Made by a program: the position numbers and the translations under genes. The notes below the pieces were generated by a model. That model saw only the letters and a list, made by a program, of their open reading frames with translations. It had not been told where the DNA came from and did no database searches. Below, in pieces: positions 43,035 through 52,754 of a stretch of DNA of 64,000 bases (within the stretch, counting starts at the first letter, position 1; each line of letters opens with the position of its first letter). Source of the DNA: an uncultured Chloroflexia bacterium (GTDB taxonomy: Bacteria; Chloroflexota; Chloroflexia; Thermomicrobiales; CFX8); assembly GCA_963763325.1 (NCBI GenBank), contig CAVXOL010000024.1, positions 66,984 to 130,983 of the forward strand. Reading direction: 5' to 3'.

Positions 43035-44448
43035 GGCACGGACGGCGCTGGTCGTCGCGCTCACCAGCTGTCTCATGCTGGTGCTTTCCGGCATGGCTGG
43101 TGTGATCCCACTCACCGCCCTCGGACTGTTAGTGGTGCTGGGCCTGGCCTGCTGGTCACCTGCAGGTGTGCTCGGCGCGGCTGTCGCGGCGTTGCCGTAC
43201 TTTTTTCGTCCAGTCGAGGTTGCCGGTCAGGAATTCGCCGCGTCGGAGCTCCTGCTGCTACTCGCCGCCGTCGGGACAACGTTCAAGCTCGTCGTTGAAT
43301 CTGGTATCGCCCCAGTCAGGATTTTCGGCGCGTTCCGCTCAGAATTGGTTGCAATCGTCACGACGCCAGTCGTCCTGGCGGCCGGGGCACTGGCTGTCCT
43401 CGGCGGAGTCCTCGTTGTATTCCCGTACGACCCCGACCACCGCGCCGAAAGTCTGCGCGAGTGGCGCTGGACACTGGTTGAACCGGCGTTGCTGCTCGTT
43501 CTGCTGGTATGGCATCGGCGCAAGCAATGGTTGCCAGAGTTCGCAGCATTCGCGCTGATCTTCGGTGGGGCGGTCGCGTCCCTCCACGCCCTGGCCGACC
43601 TGGCGCTAGGCGGAGGTGTCTCGGTCGGTGGCGTGACGCGGATCGCTGGCCCATATCCGCATCCAAACGCGCTCGCGCTGATGACCGTCCGGATCGCTAT
43701 CCTCGCCTTCGTCTGGACGATCCTCGATCCACGCGTTCGACGCTACATTGGCCCAATGCTGGTCGTCTGCACGATTGCGGTCGCCATCACCTTCTCGCGC
43801 GGTGCGATGCTCGCAATTCTGGTGGCGCTCAGTCTGGTGCTCGTCAATGCAACTCCGCGCCTGCGGTTGATCGGCGCTGGCTCGGCCGCGTTGAGCCTGT
43901 TGCTCGGCGTTGTCGTTGCCCGTGACCGGATGCTCGATCTGTTCGATGGCGGCAGCGGGTCATTGAGGCTCGACATCTGGAGTTCAGCGCTGGCGATGAT
44001 CGACGACCGGCCGGTCCGAGGCTACGGACCAGATCAGTTCCTCTACGCCTATCTCCCGCGTTATGTGCAACCAACCGCCTGGGGAGAGCGCTTCACGTCC
44101 CACGCACACAACTTTCTGCTCGATTTCTGGATCAGACTGGGTATAATCGGCGCCGCCTTCGCTGCATTCGGGGTGCTGTTGTGCCTGATAGCGTTGGCGC
44201 GCTGCATGCGGGATTCGCCTCGTCCTCAACCGTTGGGGATGGCGGCGCTGGTTGCGCTCGTGGCAACCTTCGCCCATGGCATGGTAGATAATGCGTTTTT
44301 CTCGCACGATCTGGCGATGAGCTGTTGGCTACTCGCCTGGCTGGCCTTCCGGACACGTTCTGAGGCAACCAGCATCGACAGAGGGGGCTACATTGCGCGT
44401 GCTGGTGTCGGGCGGGGCAGGCTTCATAGGTTCGCACCTCTGCGATAG
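43012..44448 (+). CDS. O-antigen ligase / Wzy_C-family polytopic membrane protein
   Basis: 478-aa hydrophobic ORF with the FSRGAMLAILVAL motif. Its 3' end overlaps the next gene by about 56 nt, so the true end is uncertain. Confidence 0.65.
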   Translation: MSSLATAEARTALVVALTSCLMLVLSGMAGVIPLTALGLLVVLGLACWSPAGVLGAAVAALPYFFRPVEVAGQEFAASELLLLLAAVGTTFKLVVESGIAPVRIFGAFRSELVAIVTTPVVLAAGALAVLGGVLVVFPYDPDHRAESLREWRWTLVEPALLLVLLVWHRRKQWLPEFAAFALIFGGAVASLHALADLALGGGVSVGGVTRIAGPYPHPNALALMTVRIAILAFVWTILDPRVRRYIGPMLVVCTIAVAITFSRGAMLAILVALSLVLVNATPRLRLIGAGSAALSLLLGVVVARDRMLDLFDGGSGSLRLDIWSSALAMIDDRPVRGYGPDQFLYAYLPRYVQPTAWGERFTSHAHNFLLDFWIRLGIIGAAFAAFGVLLCLIALARCMRDSPRPQPLGMAALVALVATFAHGMVDNAFFSHDLAMSCWLLAWLAFRTRSEATSIDRGGYIARAGVGRGRLHRFAPLR

Positions 44449-45340
44449 CCTGATCGCGGACGGTCAGGACGTCATCTGTGTTGACAACTTCATCACAGGT
44501 CGACAAAAGAACATCGAACACCTGCTTGATCAACCAGCATTTCGATTAGTCGAGCATGACATCGTCAACGAACTCGACGAGTCGATCCGTGCTGACCGCG
44601 TCTATCACCTGGCCAGTCCGGCAAGCCCGGTCGGTTACATGCGCCATCCGATCGAGACTCATCTGGTCAATTCAGTCGGCACCCACAATATGCTGAAATT
44701 CGCACAGCGCTGCGGCGCTCAACTCCTCTACACCTCTACCAGCGAGTCGTACGGCAACCCGGACATCCACCCACAGCCAGAGACGTACTTCGGCAACGTG
44801 AATCCCGTCGGCCCTCGTTCCTGTTACGACGAGAGCAAGCGCTTCGGCGAGTCGATCACGATGGAGTATGTCAGGCAGTTCCAGCTTGATGCCCGCATCA
44901 TCCGCATCTTCAACACCTATGGGCCACGCAACGATCCCAACGACGGGCGGGTCATCCCGAACTTCATTCGCGCCGCCGAACGAGGCGAGCCGCTCATTAT
45001 CTTCGGCGACGGTACTCAGACGCGATCGCTTTGCTACGTCTCCGATCTCGTACGCGGCCTGCGGCGGGCGATGGAGTGCCCAGGGACAACTGGCGAGGTC
45101 ATCAACCTTGGTAATCCTGATGAGCGGACAGTCCACGATCTGGCCCAGATCATCACCGGCTACTGCCAGTCGGACGCGCCGATCGAGTTCGTCGACGCCA
45201 GGCAGGACGACCCGGAGCGCCGCTGCCCAGACATCACGAAGGCGCGAAACCTCCTTGGCTGGGAGCCGTTGATCGATCTCGAAGACGGCCTGCGAGCCAC
45301 GATCGAGCACTTTCGCGCGGCGGAGACACTCTTCGCGTGA
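44393..45340 (+). CDS. UDP-glucuronate decarboxylase (UDP-xylose synthase; SDR epimerase/dehydratase family)
   Basis: Motifs GGAGFIGSHL, YDESKR (YxxxK) and DGTQTRSLCYVSDLV. Confidence 0.85.
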   Translation: MRVLVSGGAGFIGSHLCDSLIADGQDVICVDNFITGRQKNIEHLLDQPAFRLVEHDIVNELDESIRADRVYHLASPASPVGYMRHPIETHLVNSVGTHNMLKFAQRCGAQLLYTSTSESYGNPDIHPQPETYFGNVNPVGPRSCYDESKRFGESITMEYVRQFQLDARIIRIFNTYGPRNDPNDGRVIPNFIRAAERGEPLIIFGDGTQTRSLCYVSDLVRGLRRAMECPGTTGEVINLGNPDERTVHDLAQIITGYCQSDAPIEFVDARQDDPERRCPDITKARNLLGWEPLIDLEDGLRATIEHFRAAETLFA

Positions 45341-46884
45341 CTCCGGCTCTCCAGCAGACGCTGCTGAGCCGCCGGTCTATCGCCTGGCTGGCGGGTGGCG
45401 TCCTGACGCTGCTCCTCATTCTGGCCACGGCTGCAACGTCGCCAATCGTGCTGGTGGTTGCGCCACTGTTGGTCCTGGTCGCGCTCGGTCTCATGCGTTG
45501 GCCGTGGCTCGGTGTCGCCCTCCTGGTTGCCAGTGTTCCTGCCCAGCAACTTGGAGCCGTTGGAGGCGGCACGCTGACGCTCACCCGCGCATCGCTGTTC
45601 GCTGCCTTCGCCGGTCTCGTACTCTGGTGGACAGTTGGTCGCAGGCCGGTCGTCGGAAGCCTGCTCACCGTTCCGTTCGTCGCATTGATCGCATGGATGA
45701 TCGTCACGGCCCACGTTGCGCGCGATCTTGGCGCGGCTTCGTCCGATCTTGTCCGCTGGTTGATCGCGCTGTTTGCGTTCTTCGCGGCAATGCAAGTTCT
45801 TGTCGGTACGTCCGAGCGAATCGTGACCGCCATCATTCTCACGATCGGCATCGCCGGTGCCTTTGAGGCAGGATTCGGCACCGCCCTGGGGCTACTTGGA
45901 CTCGGTCCCGAGAGCTTCATGATCGAGGACGCGTTCTCACGTGCCTACGGCACCTTTGGCCGGCCAAACACGTTTGCCGGCTACCTGGAAATGGCCGTCT
46001 TTCCTGTTCTCTGGCTTGGCATCAGTCGACTGCGAATCGTACCGGAGACCTTTCGTGCATATCTGGCCGTCCGAAGCCGTGGGTTCACAACTGCTGCTGG
46101 TCGCCGTCGGGAGCTTGCGAGTTCGGTGATTGTCACGACGGTCCTGCTCGGCTCGGCGGCGATCATGCTCGGCGGAATCCTTGTCAGCTTCTCACGCGGC
46201 GCGTGGATTGGTGTGACGGCAGGCGTGGTCGTCACCTGCCTGGTCGCGATTCGCCGCTACTGGCACCTCGTCGTCCCAGCCTTGCCGGTCGCGGTCCTTC
46301 TGGCGATCATCGGACTAGCCATTCTAGCTCCGGCAACGCTGACTGACCGCGTCCAGTCAATCGCCGAAGAAGCACGTCCGTTTGATGCTGCCTCGATCAC
46401 GATCACTCCCGACAACTTCGCCGTTGTCGAACGGATGGCGCACTGGCAGGCCGGCTGGCACATGTTTGAGGATCATCCGGTCTTCGGCGTCGGTGCCGGA
46501 AACTACAACACGAACTATCCCGATTACTACGTCCGTGAAGCGTTCCGATATTCGCAGGGGCACGCCCATAACTTCTACATCCATATGCTGGCCGAGAATG
46601 GCATTGTTGGCCTCGGGATCTACCTTACACTGATTCTGAGCTTCGCATTCGTCGCTCTCCGCGTTGCCATCGCGACCCGTGACCGATTGACATGGGCTCT
46701 CGCGCTCGGCGCACTCGGTACGATGACGGCGGTCTACGTCCATAACGCGTTCGAGAACCTGCACGTCCTGAACCTCGGTATCCAGTTGAGTGTCAGTTGG
46801 GCGCTTGCCGTTGCTGCCCACCAGCGCTGGTCAACGCTGGAGGCGGCAGCCGGGCCAACTCGCGTGGAATACTCCCGCGAATGA
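45337..46884 (+). CDS. O-antigen ligase / Wzy_C-family polytopic membrane protein (second copy)
   Basis: 515-aa hydrophobic ORF with SFSRGAWIGV and HAHNFYIHMLAENG. Its GTG start overlaps the upstream stop. Confidence 0.65.
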   Translation: MTPALQQTLLSRRSIAWLAGGVLTLLLILATAATSPIVLVVAPLLVLVALGLMRWPWLGVALLVASVPAQQLGAVGGGTLTLTRASLFAAFAGLVLWWTVGRRPVVGSLLTVPFVALIAWMIVTAHVARDLGAASSDLVRWLIALFAFFAAMQVLVGTSERIVTAIILTIGIAGAFEAGFGTALGLLGLGPESFMIEDAFSRAYGTFGRPNTFAGYLEMAVFPVLWLGISRLRIVPETFRAYLAVRSRGFTTAAGRRRELASSVIVTTVLLGSAAIMLGGILVSFSRGAWIGVTAGVVVTCLVAIRRYWHLVVPALPVAVLLAIIGLAILAPATLTDRVQSIAEEARPFDAASITITPDNFAVVERMAHWQAGWHMFEDHPVFGVGAGNYNTNYPDYYVREAFRYSQGHAHNFYIHMLAENGIVGLGIYLTLILSFAFVALRVAIATRDRLTWALALGALGTMTAVYVHNAFENLHVLNLGIQLSVSWALAVAAHQRWSTLEAAAGPTRVEYSRE

Positions 46885-47948
46885 GTTACGAACGTGCGCT
46901 GGCAGATGAGCAACCCACCAAGGCATCCCAGGCGCCCGAGCCGGTTGTCGCGGATAACGATCCCTCTGAACGTTCGATATCACTCGGCGAGCGCATGCGT
47001 TCGCCACAGACGATTGCCTCATTCGTCGCCGCATTCGCGATTATTGCGTTCGTCTTCTGGCGGCTGGACATCGACTTCGCCGACGTCTGGACGCAAATTC
47101 GCCACGCTAACCCGCTCTACCTCGCTCTCGCGTTCGCTGCCTACTACGGTTCGTTCCCTCTTCGTGCCCTGCGCTGGCGCTACATCCTTGCCAACGCAAA
47201 GATCAGTCGCGAGTACGGCTATGACGTACCTGGGGTCGTCGGACTGACGGAGATCTATATCCTGGGCTGGTTTGCGAACTGTGTCGTCCCTGCCAAGCTC
47301 GGCGACGCCTACCGCGGCTATCTGCTCAAGAAGAATGCCGGCCCGTCGTTTTCACGGACGCTCGGCACGATCTTCGCTGAACGACTCCTGGATGTCGTTG
47401 CGCTTGTCGGCTTGATGCTCGCCTCAGGATTGCTCGTCTTCCACGGGACCGTCCCGTCGGGGCTACGTTGGTGGTTCCTCGCCGGCGCCGCTCTGGTTGT
47501 CATTGGTCTGAGTGGCCTTCTGACACTGATGACCGTCAGTCACCGGATCGAGGCGCTTCTTCCGGAACGGTTTCAGCCATACTACAACCGGCTCAGCGAC
47601 GGCATCGTCAGCTCGTTTTCACGCCACGGCTTCCCGAAGGTAGCCGGTCTGACCGTCCTCATCTGGGCGCTCGAAGGCGCTCGCGTCTACGCCGGTGCAC
47701 ACGCCCTCGGAATCGATCTCAACCTCTCGCAGAGCATCTTCATCGCGCTTCTCGCCAGCCTGTTGACGACGTTCCCATTCACGCCGGCTGGAATGGGTGT
47801 CGTCGAAGGCGGTACTGTCTTTGCCCTACGCCTCTTCGATGTGACCGCCGCCAGTGCGACGGCTGCTGCCCTGCTGGACCGCACAATCGCCAGCTACAGC
47901 GTCGTCCTGATCGGTGGCCTGCTCTACATCGCCACGAAACGCAAGTAG
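46881..47948 (+). CDS. Flippase-like / lysylphosphatidylglycerol-synthase-TM-region (UPF0104) family membrane protein
   Basis: The ATG at 46881 overlaps the upstream stop (ATGA). The protein is polytopic. The family assignment is from memory of the KLGDAYRGYLL-type motif. Confidence 0.55.
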   Translation: MSYERALADEQPTKASQAPEPVVADNDPSERSISLGERMRSPQTIASFVAAFAIIAFVFWRLDIDFADVWTQIRHANPLYLALAFAAYYGSFPLRALRWRYILANAKISREYGYDVPGVVGLTEIYILGWFANCVVPAKLGDAYRGYLLKKNAGPSFSRTLGTIFAERLLDVVALVGLMLASGLLVFHGTVPSGLRWWFLAGAALVVIGLSGLLTLMTVSHRIEALLPERFQPYYNRLSDGIVSSFSRHGFPKVAGLTVLIWALEGARVYAGAHALGIDLNLSQSIFIALLASLLTTFPFTPAGMGVVEGGTVFALRLFDVTAASATAAALLDRTIASYSVVLIGGLLYIATKRK

Positions 47949-47962
47949 CAAACGGGGGTGTG

Positions 47963-49078
47963 ATGCGGATTGCCCTCGACGCGACGCCTGCCGCCGTTCA
48001 ACACGCCGGTGTCGGCCGCTACACGCGTGAGCTGCTGGCGGCTCTGATGGCGCTGCCCGGACGCGACGAGTACCTCCTTGCCTCCTCCGGCCCCAACGCC
48101 GACAATGATCGGCTGTTGAGGCAGCTTCCGCCGGGGAATCGACGGGAGCTTAGGCGTCTCCCGATCAATCCACGTATGACGACACTCGCCTGGCACCGCA
48201 TGCGCCTTCCCGTCTCGGTTGAGTCGCTGATTGGTCCGTTCGATGTCTTCCACGGCACTGACTTCGTCGTACCCCCATCACGCAAGCCTCGCGTCGTCAC
48301 CATTCACGATCTGTCATTCCTCGTCACGCCGCAGTTCGCCGAGCCGAATCTCGTCCGCTATCTCTCGTCGTCGGCCCCACGAGCGATCGCTGCTGCATCT
48401 ATTGTCGTAACCGTCTCGGCTGCCGTTGCCGCCGAAGTCGCCGACCGATTTCCGGCTGCCCGTCACAAACTCGTCGCGATTCCGAATGGAGTTCGCGTCC
48501 CTCGAACAGCACTCGTGCGCCATGCCGGTGACCGTCCAGAGCTACTCACCGTTGGTACGGTGGAGCCGCGCAAGAACCTCCTGACATTGATTCAGGCAGT
48601 CGAGATCGTTCGCGTCGTCCATCCTGACGTGCGTCTGACAATCGCCGGTCGAATCGGCTGGCGATCCAGTGAGATCGTCACAGCGATTCGTGTGGCTGAA
48701 GCGTCGGGAATCGTCCGCTTCGTCGAAGCCCCGAATGACGGCGCTTTGGACGCACTCTACGCTGAAGCGACGCTGGCCGTCTTGCCGTCGTTTTACGAGG
48801 GGTTCGGCTTGCCAGTTCTCGAAGCGATGGCTCGTGGCGTCCCGGTTGTCGCGAGTGACATCCCATCGTTGCGCGAGACCGGCGGCTCCGCCGGCTGTTA
48901 CGCTGATCCTGACAGCGCCGAATCTCTGGCGACCGCAATCCTGGGCCTGCTTGACGACGCAGCGTTCCGTGCGGAACTGGCGGAGAGCGGCGTGGCTCGA
49001 GCTGAGCGCTTCAGCTGGCAGGAGACAGCACGGAGGACCAGACGCGCCTATGATCTGGCGCTGAGAGAGAGACACTGA
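47963..49078 (+). CDS. Glycosyltransferase family 4 (GT-B)
   Basis: MRIALDATPAAVQHAGVGRYTRELL at the N-terminus and the C-terminal EGFGLPVLEAMARGVPVV motif. Confidence 0.8.
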   Translation: MRIALDATPAAVQHAGVGRYTRELLAALMALPGRDEYLLASSGPNADNDRLLRQLPPGNRRELRRLPINPRMTTLAWHRMRLPVSVESLIGPFDVFHGTDFVVPPSRKPRVVTIHDLSFLVTPQFAEPNLVRYLSSSAPRAIAAASIVVTVSAAVAAEVADRFPAARHKLVAIPNGVRVPRTALVRHAGDRPELLTVGTVEPRKNLLTLIQAVEIVRVVHPDVRLTIAGRIGWRSSEIVTAIRVAEASGIVRFVEAPNDGALDALYAEATLAVLPSFYEGFGLPVLEAMARGVPVVASDIPSLRETGGSAGCYADPDSAESLATAILGLLDDAAFRAELAESGVARAERFSWQETARRTRRAYDLALRERH

Positions 49079-49242
49079 TGGACGACGACAGCGTCTCCGT
49101 CGTTGAGGCAACCGATGCTGACGCGCGGAAGAGCTGGGCGAGCCGACATCCAAAGATCATGATCCTCCTCATCGCTGGCGTCTTCTACATCATCTTGTTC
49201 GGCATGTGCGGGTTCATCCTCGTCTTGCTCCTGCGAGGTTAG
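49078..49242 (+). CDS. Possible 54-aa single-pass membrane protein
   Basis: ATG overlaps the GT4 stop (TGATG), and the ORF ends 1 nt before the flippase GTG. Sequence: MDDDSVSVVEATDADARKSWASRHPKIMILLIAGVFYIILFGMCGFILVLLLRG. It is below the ORF-track size cutoff. Confidence 0.35.
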   Translation: MDDDSVSVVEATDADARKSWASRHPKIMILLIAGVFYIILFGMCGFILVLLLRG

Positions 49243-49243
49243 C

Positions 49244-50830
49244 GTGCTGGCTGACCTGAGTGCGTCGCCAGTTGTCGTTGTGGGACTGGTACTTGCCGCG
49301 CTCATCGCTGTCATTGCTTCGTACTGGCTCGCCGGTAAGATCGCTACGATCGACGATGACCCATCGGGTGACGCGGTCAGGCGAATCGCTCGCAACAGCG
49401 TTGTACCTATCGTCTCGCAACTGATCATTCGTGGCTCCGACCTCGCCGTCGCGATCTTCCTGTTACGGCTACTCGGTCCTGAAGGCAACGGTCGCTACGC
49501 GATCGCCGTCGTTGTCTGGCTCTATGTCAAGACCCTGTCTGACTTCGGCCTGAGCCTGCTTGCGACTGCCGACATCGCGCGCGATCGCGCGGCGGCCGGA
49601 CGCATCGTCGGAGAAACGACGCTGCTTCGACTGCTCGTACTCGCCGTCAGCGCCGTGCCGGTCGCAATCTACGTCTCCGCTGGTCTGGCCCGTAGTTCGT
49701 TAGCGGTCGAGAGTGCCGTTGCCATCCTGCTCCTCTACCTCTCGATCGTTCCATCCAGCTATGCCGAAGCGATCAACTCCGCGTTGAACGGCTTCGAGCG
49801 GATGGAAGTTGGAGCCTGGCTCAACATCGCTGTTAGCTTCGTACGAGCCCCGTTGGCGGTCGTCCTCGCTGGCTGGCTGGGCGTCGAGGGTGTTGCACTG
49901 GCGGCCCTGTTGACTGCGCTGCTTTCTGCTGATCTCTACCGCCGGACGGCAGCGCGCACAGGTGTTGGGAACGCCATCTGGTTTCTTGGCCGGAGATCGG
50001 CGCGGTCACTAGTGTCCCGAAGCTGGCCGTTGCTTCTCAACGCGTTACTCGTCAATCTCTTCTTCCGCGTTGACGTCTTCATCCTGCAAGCGATTGACGG
50101 CGACGAGACGCTCGGGATTTACGACGCGTCCTACAAGCTGATCAACCTCGTCACGATCGTTCCGGCGTATGTGACGCTCGCCATCTTCCCGATGATGGCG
50201 CAGCGCTCTGGTGACCCCGCCGCGCTCGATCGGACCTTGCGGACGGCGTCATACTTCCTCGTATGGGTCGCCTGGGGCATCGTCGCTGTCACATCCGCGA
50301 TCGCCGGGAGCGCGATCCTCGTTCTGGCCGGAGCCGACTATCTTCCGGACGCGGCGCTGCTACTCCGGATTCTGATCTGGTTCGCACCCTTCTCGTTTCT
50401 CAACGGTGTCATTCAGTACGCGCTCGTCGCGACCGACCAGCAACGCCGGATCGTCCCGGCGTTTGTCGCTGCCGTCACCTGCAACCTCGCACTCAATTTC
50501 GCGCTCGTACCAGAGTTCGGCGCTCGCGCTGCCGCTGTCGCAACAGTCGCAACCGAGGTCGTCATCCTGATTGCATTCGGAGTCGTGACCCGAGCGTCTG
50601 CGCTTCGAGCGGTGACGTTACAGTCATTGATCCAGCTCTGGCGACCGACGGTGGTTGGCGTCGTCTCCGCGTTGCTGGCAACCGTCGTTGCGGACCGTCA
50701 GAATGAAGCGCTCGCATTCGCGACCGTACTCGTGTCATTCACGCTTTTATCATTGGTGTTCCGTGTCTTCGGAGACCGTGAGATTGAGCTCGTTCGCCGA
50801 GCCCTGCACCGCCCCGCCTCCCGAGCCTGA
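49244..50830 (+). CDS. Oligosaccharide/polysaccharide flippase (MOP superfamily, Wzx-like)
   Basis: 528-aa ORF with about 12-14 hydrophobic segments. Its position in the glycan cluster supports the call. Confidence 0.65.
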   Translation: MLADLSASPVVVVGLVLAALIAVIASYWLAGKIATIDDDPSGDAVRRIARNSVVPIVSQLIIRGSDLAVAIFLLRLLGPEGNGRYAIAVVVWLYVKTLSDFGLSLLATADIARDRAAAGRIVGETTLLRLLVLAVSAVPVAIYVSAGLARSSLAVESAVAILLLYLSIVPSSYAEAINSALNGFERMEVGAWLNIAVSFVRAPLAVVLAGWLGVEGVALAALLTALLSADLYRRTAARTGVGNAIWFLGRRSARSLVSRSWPLLLNALLVNLFFRVDVFILQAIDGDETLGIYDASYKLINLVTIVPAYVTLAIFPMMAQRSGDPAALDRTLRTASYFLVWVAWGIVAVTSAIAGSAILVLAGADYLPDAALLLRILIWFAPFSFLNGVIQYALVATDQQRRIVPAFVAAVTCNLALNFALVPEFGARAAAVATVATEVVILIAFGVVTRASALRAVTLQSLIQLWRPTVVGVVSALLATVVADRQNEALAFATVLVSFTLLSLVFRVFGDREIELVRRALHRPASRA

Positions 50831-50922
50831 GTGCCGACTCATCCTTGTCCGATTCTGAAATTGCGGACATACTCCCGGCATCGACGGAAGATCTCCGGCA
50901 TAGTGGAGAGAGAGTGAGACGC

Positions 50923-52422
50923 ATGCGAATCGTCACTGGCGGAATCGCGCAGGAAACCAATACGTTCCAATGGGAGCCGACAACGCTTGCTGATTTCCAG
51001 AAGGGTTCCAGCAGGATTGAACGCGGTCAGCAGATTCTTGACCTTGCCCACACGAACCTCATTTACGGCGGGATCGTCAGCGAAGCGCAGGCCCAAGGTG
51101 TCGATCTGATTGCAACCACCTACGGTCACGCTGTTCCCGGCGGACGGGTCAGCCGCGAGGCGTTTGAGACGATGCGCGACGAGATCCTCGATGGCATCCG
51201 AGCCGCTCTTCCAGTCGACGGCGTCATCCTCGGCATCCATGGCGCGATGGCGCTTGAGCACAATGATGACGGCGAAGGGCCGCTGATCACGGCTGTCCGT
51301 GAGCTTGTTGGGCCGGACGTTCCGATCGTCGCCCCGCTCGACCTCCATACCAACCTCTCCGACGAGATGATGGCCGAGGCAAACGCCTTCATCGGTTACA
51401 AGGAGTACCCGCACATCGACATGCGCGAAACCGGTCAGGCGGCGATGCAACTCCTGATTCGGACCATCAAGGGCGAAGTCAACCCTGTCATGGCCCACGT
51501 CCGGGTTCCGCTGATCGCCCCGAACCAGTCGATGGTCACGACCTGGCAGTCGGCGCTCAAGAAGGTCATCGATCGAGCTGTCGAGATCGAGTCCGAGCCG
51601 GGCGTTCTCTCAGCAACCGTCCTTGGCGGCTTCCCGTTCAGCGACATCCCATTCGCTGGCGTTGCGACGATCGTCGTCGCTGATGGTGACAAGGACCTCG
51701 CTCAACGCTACGCCAACGAGCTGGCCCAGATGTGCTGGGATTTGCGAGACGAGTTCACGATCCATCCAACACCCGTCGCGGACGCGGTCGCCGAGGCGCT
51801 GGCGGGCGAACCGGGCAGCGTCTACGTCCTCGCTGACATCTCCGACTCCGGAGCCAGCGGAACTGCCGGCGACGGAACTGCGATTCTGAAAGGGCTGCTT
51901 AAAGCGGATGCGCGTTCCGCCGCCGTCGCCCAGATCATGGACCGCGACGCCGTTGCTGCGTGCATAACAGCCGGCGTCGGTGCAACCGTCACCCTGACCG
52001 TGGGCGGCAAGCACGATGGTCTGCACGGCGAACCGGTCGAAGTCACCGGCATGGTGCGACTGATCCACGAAGGACGGTTCCCGATGGGTGGCGTGATGGG
52101 TTCAGGTACGACGGCCAGCCGTGGCAAGACTGTTGTCCTTGAGATCAATGGCCCAGGCGGCATCGAGCTACAGTTGACGGAGCTACGTGGCCATCCGAAC
52201 GACCTCAATTTCTTCCGCGCGTTCGGCATCGAGCCGACTGAGCGCCGCATCCTCGTCCTCAAGAGCGCCGCACACTTCCGAGCCGCCTTCGAGCCGATCG
52301 CGACGAAAGTGATCGAAGTCGACGCTCCCGGCATCAGTAGTCCGCGGCTGGACTCCTTCAATCACAAGGCCCTCCGCCGTCCGATCTACCCACTCGATAA
52401 GGACTTCGACTGGTCGCCATAG
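50923..52422 (+). CDS. M81-family metallopeptidase (MlrC-like)
   Basis: MRIVTGGIAQETNTF at the N-terminus, plus DGVILGIHGAM and LDLHTNLS. GGAGAG precedes the ATG at 50923. Confidence 0.7.
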   Translation: MRIVTGGIAQETNTFQWEPTTLADFQKGSSRIERGQQILDLAHTNLIYGGIVSEAQAQGVDLIATTYGHAVPGGRVSREAFETMRDEILDGIRAALPVDGVILGIHGAMALEHNDDGEGPLITAVRELVGPDVPIVAPLDLHTNLSDEMMAEANAFIGYKEYPHIDMRETGQAAMQLLIRTIKGEVNPVMAHVRVPLIAPNQSMVTTWQSALKKVIDRAVEIESEPGVLSATVLGGFPFSDIPFAGVATIVVADGDKDLAQRYANELAQMCWDLRDEFTIHPTPVADAVAEALAGEPGSVYVLADISDSGASGTAGDGTAILKGLLKADARSAAVAQIMDRDAVAACITAGVGATVTLTVGGKHDGLHGEPVEVTGMVRLIHEGRFPMGGVMGSGTTASRGKTVVLEINGPGGIELQLTELRGHPNDLNFFRAFGIEPTERRILVLKSAAHFRAAFEPIATKVIEVDAPGISSPRLDSFNHKALRRPIYPLDKDFDWSP

Positions 52423-52436
52423 CTAGCTCGTCCCGA

Positions 52437-52471
52437 CACCCAGCCTGGGCGTAGAGCATCCAGGCTGGGTG
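52437..52471 (+). terminator. 12-bp perfect stem-loop after the M81 peptidase gene
   Basis: CACCCAGCCTGG pairs with CCAGGCTGGGTG across an 11-nt loop. Confidence 0.5.
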
Positions 52472-52615
52472 ATCTCCCCTCGTGTGATTCGGCAGGTTCG
52501 AAGCCTGGCGTATACTTATGCGGTCCTGCATGGGCCGGATGGATGTGCCTTAGCACGAGTATTGCGATGTTCGCGCTGGCTCTCGCTGAAGGCTCTCCTT
52601 GCTGGCGACAGATGC

Positions 52616-52690
52616 GGGCCTGTAGCTCAGTGGCAGAGCAAGGGGCTCATAACCTCATGGTCGCAGGTTCGAACCCTGCCAGGCCCACCA
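52616..52690 (+). tRNA. tRNA with CAT anticodon (elongator Met, or Ile2 if lysidine-modified), CCA encoded
   Basis: GGGCCTG-TA-GCTC-AGTGGCA-GAGC-A-AGGGG-CTCATAA-CCTCA-TGGTC-GCAGG-TTCGAAC-CCTGC-CAGGCCC-A-CCA. The G1:C72 pair argues against an initiator tRNA. Confidence 0.85.
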
Positions 52691-52699
52691 ATTGCAGAC

Positions 52700-52728
52700 T
52701 TGCATCCGCGAACGTTCGCATGTATTAT
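52700..52728 (+). promoter_or_regulatory. Candidate promoter of rsfS
   Basis: TTGCAT (52700-52705), 17 nt, then TATTAT (52723-52728). The 12-bp palindrome GCGAACGTTCGC lies in the spacer. Confidence 0.4.
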
Positions 52729-52754
52729 GACTGTACGTACAGTTCAGGAGTACG

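Noticed and set aside
52493-52507. T-arm-like motif CAGG-TTCGAAG-CCTG upstream of tRNA-Met, possibly a tRNA fragment or att remnant.
   Set aside because: No acceptor, D or anticodon arms are around it, it directly follows a terminator hairpin, and its similarity to the downstream tRNA is limited to the generic T-loop.
52616-52690. Initiator tRNA-fMet identity for the CAT tRNA.
   Set aside because: It has a G1:C72 pair instead of the bacterial C1xA72 mismatch, and its anticodon stem lacks three clean consecutive G:C pairs (G29 pairs with T41).
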